From positions 1-64,000 of IMG/VR virus record IMGVR_UViG_3300033121_000971: a stretch of DNA of 64,000 nucleotides; one strand, given 5' to 3'. The position numbers and the translations under genes were made by a program. This DNA comes from a virus (taxonomy: Duplodnaviria > Caudoviricetes). Within the stretch, counting starts at the first letter, position 1. Each line of letters begins with the position of its first letter. Positions 57,361-64,000 of this stretch are shown piece after piece. The notes under the pieces were generated by a model. It saw nothing but the letters and a program-made list of their open reading frames with translations, did no database searches and was not told where the DNA came from.

Positions 57361-59886
57361 ATGGCAAACTACCCCTTATCAGACGGAACAAACAGTGAAA
57401 TGGTTCTATACCCAGCAGGTGTAGACTCTTACAATGAAGATTATCAGGAATCTGAAGAGCTTCGTGAACATGAAGATAAAACACGATTCAATAGTATAGT
57501 AAAAGTATCAGGTATTGTAGCTAAAAAAGCTGACTGGACTACTAAACTATTTCCTACAGTAGTGTCTGGAAATCAGATTGCTATAAGTTCAGGTGTTGGT
57601 TACACAGGTAATGGTGCTGAAATAAATATAGAATCAGATTTAACTATTTCTGACATTACTTCTCTTACTGGATATGTAGCTCCAAGTGGAACTAACAACG
57701 TATACTTAGTATTAAGAAAGTATGCTCAGGATTATGCAACAAGACCACACCCTATAACTGGTATACAGAAGTACACAAGACGACTTATTAAGAGTGACTC
57801 TTCTATTGTAGAATTTGTTGTAAAAACAGGTTCAGGGAAAAGTGATGCAATAACTGACAGAGATGTAATAGTTCTTGGAAGATTAAGTTCTATATCTCCT
57901 GCAGTGTTTGATACAACTGAGGCTACTGGTTTTAGAAAAATACTTAGAGTTACTGAAACTCTTGCTATGGAAACTGGTATTCCAAATACAATGGAAAATG
58001 ACATATACTTTCAAAATAAGTATAACTGTTTTGATTTTCCTCAGTTCGGTGAACAATATTACAAGCTTAATGGTGCTGTAAATAATAAAGACTTTCAAAG
58101 ATTAATAGCAAAAACTACTTCTCAACTATCTGTGCTTCGTGGCGTAAAATTCCAAGCAGTGACGGGTGGTTATGGAATTCAGTTTGCTAACGATTCATCC
58201 ATAAAAATAAAAATATTTCCTGCACAACAGCCTCCTCAGACTGTAGATATAATTCAACAGAACACTCAGGTGGCTATCCCAGATAATTACATGATGTATA
58301 TAACACTATCTGATGCTCAACTGCTTATTACAGCAGGTGGAGGTGGTGGTTTACCTGTAGAAGAAGGAGACGGTGTAATTGGTGGAGGTGGTGTAGCTGG
58401 AAGCTTCTCTACTGCAAGTTTAAGCTCAAGCAATCTAGGTACAACGGTAGGTTCTAACTTAAGAAAGTTTCCTATCTGCTGGCATTATTATAATGCTGTT
58501 ACAGGGCAACGTTCATTAATATTTTTAGACGGTACTCTATTAAATTTAGATGATGAAATAACTACAGAAGGTTATCACTCAGCTAATTTAAGAAGAGCTG
58601 GTGTAGATGTAGCAAATAACTACATGACAGGTAATTTTGAGATAAGAAAAAATTCTGGAAAAGTAATTTTAACTCAAGGTTCTGAAGGAGTACTAACAAA
58701 CGATATCACTACTGGTATAGAGTGGAGAAAAGCTCCTCCGTTTAACAGCGTGGTGATAGGTGAGTTTAAAAGATTCATAGCAGGTAACGCTGGTGGTAGC
58801 GATGCTCCTCCAAGCGGTATAGAGGACTATGATTTTTACCTTAATGCTTTTGATAATGATGGTAATAATGGTAAATCATTCGTATTCAAAAAAGATGGTA
58901 GAGTTCAAATTGATACTCCAGCCAGAAGTGCAAAAGATTTATTAAGATTGAATGAAGGTTTTGATAAACGTGGTGATGACCTAGCTAACAACTTTATTTC
59001 TGGTAATGTTACTATTGCTAAAAACAACCCACAACTTATATTACAAGACACTACTTCTACTTCTGGATTCCAAGGTATTCAAGTTAAAAAAGCGGATGGT
59101 GGTGGTATTGGATATTTTGAAAGAGAATCAGAATCTGGAAGTGATTCTATATTTACAGATGGCTACAATGCTGGAGATTGGCTATGGGCTACAACTGATA
59201 ATAATGGTTTAAACGGGAAAGGTGTAAGGCTTAGTGTAAATACTGGTCATCTGGTCGTGCCTAAATTACTAGTTCAAACAGATGGTACAGTTGGAGGTAC
59301 GTTACGTGCCACAGATTTAAAAGTTACTACAGTTAATGCTCCTGCCAGTGGCTACGATAGAATTATAAGTGCTAGATACTACCCTACTGCTGGTGTGGAA
59401 ATTCCTACTGTACAGCTTGAGACTGATTATGACAATCTGGCTGGTATACAAAAACTTGTTAACTATTCCGATTCTACATCTTTACCTATAGCTTTTTCTA
59501 TTTCAAACGGTGGTACTCCTACCTATACAGGCTTATCAGTTGCATTGCCAGCATACTCTTCTGCATTGATATCAATAAACTTGAATGGTACGGTTATAGG
59601 AGATGGTACACCTCCTGCTGATGGTGAAGTGAGGTTTGAAGTTAGAAATTCTTCAAGCACATCTGGAACATTACTACACTCTTTTGTAAGAGAATATCAT
59701 ATAGGCAGTTCAGAGCCAGCAAGCACATTTCATGGCTGGGGAGCGTCTGAAACATTTGTAATCACATCAGGATATGATAGATTATTCCTATTAGCCAGAC
59801 AGGTCGAGACAGTGGCTGGAGCTACTGTACAATTAAGAAATGATTCTACAGCATACTCTAAAATGACTGCAGTTGTTTTGACATAA
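57361..59886 (+). CDS. tail fibre / baseplate-attached fibre protein
   Basis: ISSGVGYTGNG baseplate-anchor-like N-terminus; internal repeat (RAGVDVANNYMTGN / KRGDDLANNFISGN). Confidence 0.7.
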   Translation: MANYPLSDGTNSEMVLYPAGVDSYNEDYQESEELREHEDKTRFNSIVKVSGIVAKKADWTTKLFPTVVSGNQIAISSGVGYTGNGAEINIESDLTISDITSLTGYVAPSGTNNVYLVLRKYAQDYATRPHPITGIQKYTRRLIKSDSSIVEFVVKTGSGKSDAITDRDVIVLGRLSSISPAVFDTTEATGFRKILRVTETLAMETGIPNTMENDIYFQNKYNCFDFPQFGEQYYKLNGAVNNKDFQRLIAKTTSQLSVLRGVKFQAVTGGYGIQFANDSSIKIKIFPAQQPPQTVDIIQQNTQVAIPDNYMMYITLSDAQLLITAGGGGGLPVEEGDGVIGGGGVAGSFSTASLSSSNLGTTVGSNLRKFPICWHYYNAVTGQRSLIFLDGTLLNLDDEITTEGYHSANLRRAGVDVANNYMTGNFEIRKNSGKVILTQGSEGVLTNDITTGIEWRKAPPFNSVVIGEFKRFIAGNAGGSDAPPSGIEDYDFYLNAFDNDGNNGKSFVFKKDGRVQIDTPARSAKDLLRLNEGFDKRGDDLANNFISGNVTIAKNNPQLILQDTTSTSGFQGIQVKKADGGGIGYFERESESGSDSIFTDGYNAGDWLWATTDNNGLNGKGVRLSVNTGHLVVPKLLVQTDGTVGGTLRATDLKVTTVNAPASGYDRIISARYYPTAGVEIPTVQLETDYDNLAGIQKLVNYSDSTSLPIAFSISNGGTPTYTGLSVALPAYSSALISINLNGTVIGDGTPPADGEVRFEVRNSSSTSGTLLHSFVREYHIGSSEPASTFHGWGASETFVITSGYDRLFLLARQVETVAGATVQLRNDSTAYSKMTAVVLT

Positions 59887-59894
59887 TGCGTGAC

Positions 59895-59925
59895 TTGTAT
59901 TTATGGAAATTTTTAGTTATATTTG
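59895..59925 (+). promoter_or_regulatory. sigma70-type promoter (TTGTAT-17-TATATT, extending to TATATTTG)
   Basis: 17-bp spacer at the end of the structural module. Confidence 0.65.
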
Positions 59926-59963
59926 AATATTAAGGAGAATATTATAATAACTATAATAATATA

Positions 59964-61184
59964 ATGTCTAAAAAATTAAGTAAACCAGAAATATTAGAAG
60001 CACATTTACGTGAGAATGTTAATAAAAAAGACACAGATATAGCTAAAAGCATAAAAAGCACTTACCCAGATTTGTATAAAGGTGTGCAGACAGAGAGCAT
60101 ACGAAAGCAATTAGGTCATTTGAGAAATGAATTAAACCTACCCCAAGGCACTGAAAAGAAAATACTCACTGTAGAAGAATCTATAGAAGAGGATAAAAGG
60201 ATAAAAAGCCTTCAAAACAAGAATGCTGACTATAAGATAAAGTACGAACATTTATTAAAGCAGGTAGACAAAAAAGACCGAATCATAGACTTGCATACAG
60301 AGCTTAGCAAAGTGGTATCTGTGAGTCCTATAAGAGTTAACAAGAGTATAGGAAAATCACAAGCTACAGTGTTAACAGCTTTGTCAGATGTGCACATAGA
60401 ACAGAGGATAGACAAGGCTTCTGTGAATGGATTAAACGAGTATAACCCAGATATTGCAAAAAGAAGAATCAATAACTATTTTGTCAATCTTGTAAAGCTT
60501 ATAAAGAAAGAGAGACAGGATGTTGCTATATCTAATTTAGTACTATCACTTCTTGGAGATACGATTCACGGTTATATTCACGAGGAATATCAGCAAACTA
60601 ACTACATGACCCCAATTCAGGCAAGTCTGTATGCTTACGAATTATTACTTCAAGGATTTAATTACATACTTGAAAATGATGACAAGTTAGAAACTATAAC
60701 AGTAGTCTGTAAAGTTGGAAACCATTCCAGAACTACAGAAAAATCTTATACTGACGCTGAGGCTCTTATGAGCCATGAGTATGGTATATACAAGCATCTG
60801 GCAAAACATTTTGAGAATGAAAAAAGAATAAATTTTATAATTGAAGAAAGCTATCTTACATACTTAGAGATATATAATAAAACAGTTCGTTTTCACCACG
60901 GTCATGCCTTCAGGTATGGTGGCGGTGTTGGTGGTTTGTATATACCTTTATTAAAATATGTATCTAGATTGCAGGAACAGAGGCATGCAGACATTGATTT
61001 TATAGGGCACTGGCATACTCATATTCATATACCTCAAGCTTTAGTAAACGGTTGTGTGTGTGGATTTAGTGCATACAGTTCCAAGTTAGGCTTTAAACCA
61101 GAGCCTCCTACTCAACAATTTCAGTTGATAGACGCTAATAGAGGTTTTACTTTAAATTTACCAATACTTTTGGAGAGCAATTAA
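59964..61184 (+). CDS. calcineurin-like metallophosphoesterase
   Basis: SDVH, LGD, GNH, HHGH, GHWH motifs. Confidence 0.8.
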   Translation: MSKKLSKPEILEAHLRENVNKKDTDIAKSIKSTYPDLYKGVQTESIRKQLGHLRNELNLPQGTEKKILTVEESIEEDKRIKSLQNKNADYKIKYEHLLKQVDKKDRIIDLHTELSKVVSVSPIRVNKSIGKSQATVLTALSDVHIEQRIDKASVNGLNEYNPDIAKRRINNYFVNLVKLIKKERQDVAISNLVLSLLGDTIHGYIHEEYQQTNYMTPIQASLYAYELLLQGFNYILENDDKLETITVVCKVGNHSRTTEKSYTDAEALMSHEYGIYKHLAKHFENEKRINFIIEESYLTYLEIYNKTVRFHHGHAFRYGGGVGGLYIPLLKYVSRLQEQRHADIDFIGHWHTHIHIPQALVNGCVCGFSAYSSKLGFKPEPPTQQFQLIDANRGFTLNLPILLESN

Positions 61185-61237
61185 TAACGAGACTAATGGG
61201 AAGTTAATGTGAAGATGAATAATTTTATGATACAAAC

Positions 61238-61771
61238 GTGGACTCAAAATATTATAATGAAAATGCTTATGTTGACATAGGTAAGTTGCTTGATGATGAG
61301 GATAAAGAATTACACAAAGAATATAAAAAAGTAACAGGAAAAAATTATGACCCAGATAAAGCATGGGACTTGTTACAACAGCAAAAAGATAAAGACTTAA
61401 ACTTAGTTCATAAAGCTAGGGCTGGAAGTATAGAGGCTAGAAATTACCTCTTTATAAAACATTTACCTACTATAAAAGGGTGGTTAAAATCTATGAAGCA
61501 TATAAAGCCAATAGACTTTAACGATAAGCTTCATGATTGTTTTTTTGTAATGATGCTGGCAATTGATGAGTTTGATGAAAAGAAGAACGATAACTTTTTA
61601 CGTTTTTGTAAAATGTTCATTCCACAAAGATTGATAAATGATTATAAAAGTAAAAAGAACAGATATGAAACAATATATCATGATAATATAGATGACTATG
61701 ATGAAAATAATCCATTCATGACGTTACCTCCAAGCATGCAAAACCATGAAAAAGAATACGAGCTTACATAA
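61238..61771 (+). CDS. truncated sigma70-family factor (region 2, no region 4)
   Basis: ARAGSIEARNYL...AIDEFD...FLRF region-2 pattern; only 177 aa. Confidence 0.68.
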   Translation: MDSKYYNENAYVDIGKLLDDEDKELHKEYKKVTGKNYDPDKAWDLLQQQKDKDLNLVHKARAGSIEARNYLFIKHLPTIKGWLKSMKHIKPIDFNDKLHDCFFVMMLAIDEFDEKKNDNFLRFCKMFIPQRLINDYKSKKNRYETIYHDNIDDYDENNPFMTLPPSMQNHEKEYELT

Positions 61772-62120
61772 AGTAGAACAAAAATTACGAGAACTAGAAG
61801 AACGTAAAAAAAATTTACACACAGAAGAATACAAAAAACTATTCAAAGATACACAAGAACTTTACACAAAAATACTTAGAAACACAAACTTTCGTTTCTC
61901 CTTAACCGACCATGCAGTAGTTGAGTACCAGACAGATGTAGAATTTCTACCTCCTGCTCAGGCTAAATTTAATATACTGTATGCAGTGGAATCCTATTTC
62001 AACCTTCACCCTCAAATTGATATAAAATCTCTAACCGATGTTATATACAGACCTAATATAAATGGTATAGTCTATGTTATTAAAAATAACAAAGTCATAA
62101 CTACTTACCCAGCCGACTAA
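61746..62120 (+). CDS. hypothetical protein, possible RelE/BECR-like fold
   Basis: LTDHA...VYVIKNNKVITTY. Confidence 0.4.
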   Translation: MKKNTSLHKVEQKLRELEERKKNLHTEEYKKLFKDTQELYTKILRNTNFRFSLTDHAVVEYQTDVEFLPPAQAKFNILYAVESYFNLHPQIDIKSLTDVIYRPNINGIVYVIKNNKVITTYPAD

Positions 62121-62140
62121 AAAGGTACCAAATTTATGCA

Positions 62141-62171
62141 TTGTTTTTCTCATTTCTTTTCCCTATACTTG
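62141..62171 (+). promoter_or_regulatory. sigma70-type promoter (TTGTTT-17-TATACT)
   Basis: 17-bp spacer; near-duplicate at 63327. Confidence 0.7.
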
Positions 62172-62204
62172 TAATAGAAAGAAATTAATTAAGGAGAAAA
62201 ACAA

Positions 62205-63275
62205 ATGAAACCATCCAAAGCAATCAACTTCATACAGTTCTGCCTCGAAACCAAACGTGGAGTTCTTTTAGTTGGTAAAGGCGGAATAGGAAAGACAGAT
62301 ATAATCAAGCAGGCTGTTGCTCTTGCTGATGCTAGAGACAGAGCTATAAACGCTATAAACTTAAAAGGTGGCAAAATCAGTGCCGATGAAGTAGGCTGGG
62401 ACTTAATAATATCTCACCCTGTTGTAGCTGACCCTACTGACTATAAAGGTTTACCGATGCCTAATGCTGATAGAACTTCAGCCGACTTCTTACCCTTTGG
62501 TGACCTTCAGAAGCTTATGAATGCAAAAAGAAAAACAGTGTTTTTCGTTGATGACCTTGGTCAGGCTTCTCCTATGGTGCAGGCTTCTTTAATGCAGTTA
62601 CTCTGGGGTGGAGAAATCAACGGTAAGAAAATCTCTGATAAAGTTGTGTTCATGGGAGCTACAAACCGTAAGCAGGACAATGCTGGAGTAGTAGGAATAC
62701 TTGAGCCAGTAAAATCAAGGTGGGATGCTATCATAGACCTTGAAACAGATGCAAATGACTGGGTTATGTGGGCACTTGACAACAATGTACCAATGGAACT
62801 TGTAACTTTTGTCAGAATGAAACCTGACTTTGTTAATGAAGGTGTTCCATCAAAAGATATAGCAAACTCACCTCGTCCCAGAACCTTGTTCAAAGCTGGC
62901 AAGTTCATGACAGATAGTCTCCCTGAAGAGTTTGAGTTTGATGCTTTCAAAGGTGCTTGTGGGGAAGCTTTTGCAGTAGAGTTCTGTGCTTTCTTACAAG
63001 TTTACAGAAACATCCCCAGTCTTGAAGAAATCTATAACAATCCTACCAAAGTTGACATACCAAAAAAAGCTGACCTGCAGTATGCTTTATGCGGAGCACT
63101 GGTAAATGTAGCTGATGATGTAAAGCTTCCGAACATAATCAAGTTCTTGGAAAGACTTCCTGTTGAGTTCCAGATGTTCGTAAACAAAGACCTTGCATGC
63201 AGAAAACCGAAACTTACAAAAGAAATGGCTTATGTAAAATGGTCAACAGAGTTAATCAATAAAGCTAACGACTAA
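62205..63275 (+). CDS. AAA+ ATPase (MoxR/dynein-related type)
   Basis: Walker A GKGGIGKT, Walker B VFFVDD, ATNR sensor, PRT. Confidence 0.85.
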   Translation: MKPSKAINFIQFCLETKRGVLLVGKGGIGKTDIIKQAVALADARDRAINAINLKGGKISADEVGWDLIISHPVVADPTDYKGLPMPNADRTSADFLPFGDLQKLMNAKRKTVFFVDDLGQASPMVQASLMQLLWGGEINGKKISDKVVFMGATNRKQDNAGVVGILEPVKSRWDAIIDLETDANDWVMWALDNNVPMELVTFVRMKPDFVNEGVPSKDIANSPRPRTLFKAGKFMTDSLPEEFEFDAFKGACGEAFAVEFCAFLQVYRNIPSLEEIYNNPTKVDIPKKADLQYALCGALVNVADDVKLPNIIKFLERLPVEFQMFVNKDLACRKPKLTKEMAYVKWSTELINKAND

Positions 63276-63326
63276 ATACTTGACTCTCACCCTTACTTTC
63301 CAGAGTCATGGTACCAGATTTTTACC

Positions 63327-63357
63327 TTGTTTTTTAAAAAGATTTACCGTATACTTG
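63327..63357 (+). promoter_or_regulatory. sigma70-type promoter (TTGTTT-17-TATACT)
   Basis: 17-bp spacer; AAGGAG RBS downstream. Confidence 0.7.
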
Positions 63358-63392
63358 TAATAGAAAGTTAAACAATTAAGGAGAAAATAAAA

Positions 63393-64000
63393 ATGAGCAG
63401 AAATAAATCAAATACAGGTGCAATAGTAGTCCAGAATGGTGAAGTAAAAGTAACCGAAAACGCTATCATCATGGCACTCAGCATCTCCCAGTGGACAGCA
63501 AGAGTAAAGGATAAAGTTGCTACAGCTTCAGTAGAAAAAAGTTTTAACACACATGGCAATGCTGGTCAGTTCCAGAAGTCTTTAGTTGAGGGTGATATCT
63601 TGAAAGAGATACAGCAGTTAGCATCTGAGATGAGAACTTACCACAATACAAACACACTTCCGTGGGGGGATAACGGTGAGAGGTTCCTGCCAATCATAGC
63701 TGTAAACAAGACTGGAAAAACAACCTACCATGAGTACACAAGTGTAATGAGCCAGCTTAAAAGCAAGTTTGAAGATAAGGTTGCTGAGTTTGTAAAGCTG
63801 TACCCAACTTTAAAAGAAGAAGCAAGACGCAGACTCAACGGCTTATATGACGAAGCTGACTACCCGAATAGCATAGAATCAAAGTTTGGTGTAAAACTTA
63901 CACCCAGTGCAGTTCCAGCATCAGAAGACCTGAATGTTAACCTGCCTGAATCAGAAGTACAGAGACTGAGAGAAGAGCTTGGAGTAGAAGTAAACTCAAA
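63393..64000 (+). CDS. DUF3150-like phage protein (partial, runs off window)
   Basis: open frame from ATG 63393: LSISQWTARVKD...TLPWGDNGERFLP...DYP. Confidence 0.6.
   Translation, partial: MSRNKSNTGAIVVQNGEVKVTENAIIMALSISQWTARVKDKVATASVEKSFNTHGNAGQFQKSLVEGDILKEIQQLASEMRTYHNTNTLPWGDNGERFLPIIAVNKTGKTTYHEYTSVMSQLKSKFEDKVAEFVKLYPTLKEEARRRLNGLYDEADYPNSIESKFGVKLTPSAVPASEDLNVNLPESEVQRLREELGVEVNS

Noticed and set aside
1390-63559. Minus-strand ORFs listed in the ORF track
   Set aside because: They overlap longer plus-strand genes or tRNAs, lack start signals and have the composition of antisense shadows.
218-64000. Stop-codon reassignment
   Set aside because: Long genes are intact and tightly packed in the standard code, and no suppressor tRNA is present.

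Overview
This window is a 64-kb, almost entirely plus-strand, AT-rich segment of a large tailed phage with a contractile tail (myovirus). It reads in the standard genetic code. Order: small early-type ORFs (0.2-2.5 kb); a 7-tRNA cluster bracketed by GIY-YIG and HNH endonucleases (2.5-4.6 kb); portal; lysis-type genes and small proteins; a 1501-aa head-maturation protease polyprotein; decoration and major capsid proteins; neck, sheath, tube, a frameshifted tail chaperone and tape measure; baseplate with a multi-enzyme spike cluster and fibres; then a phosphoesterase, a truncated sigma factor, an AAA ATPase and a partial ORF. No terminase is recognisable in the window. Signal peptides followed by Gln and TAnnTTTG-like promoter elements suggest an FCB-group host (Bacteroidota/Ignavibacteriota/Chlorobiota); this is inference. 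The best candidate for an undescribed system is a short amphipathic tag (L-x-x-I-K-x-x-L-x-K-L, e.g. IKNTLIKL) on about a dozen unrelated proteins, three of them ADP-ribosyltransferase-like. Together with recurring K-x-A linkers, it suggests a tag-addressed, protease-released head-cargo system. Other highlights are a spike split into paralogous modules carrying different hydrolases, a 19-bp late-promoter-like motif in 6 copies, secreted virion-like proteins, and an anti-Shine-Dalgarno mimic. All family calls come from motif recognition by eye; no searches were run.
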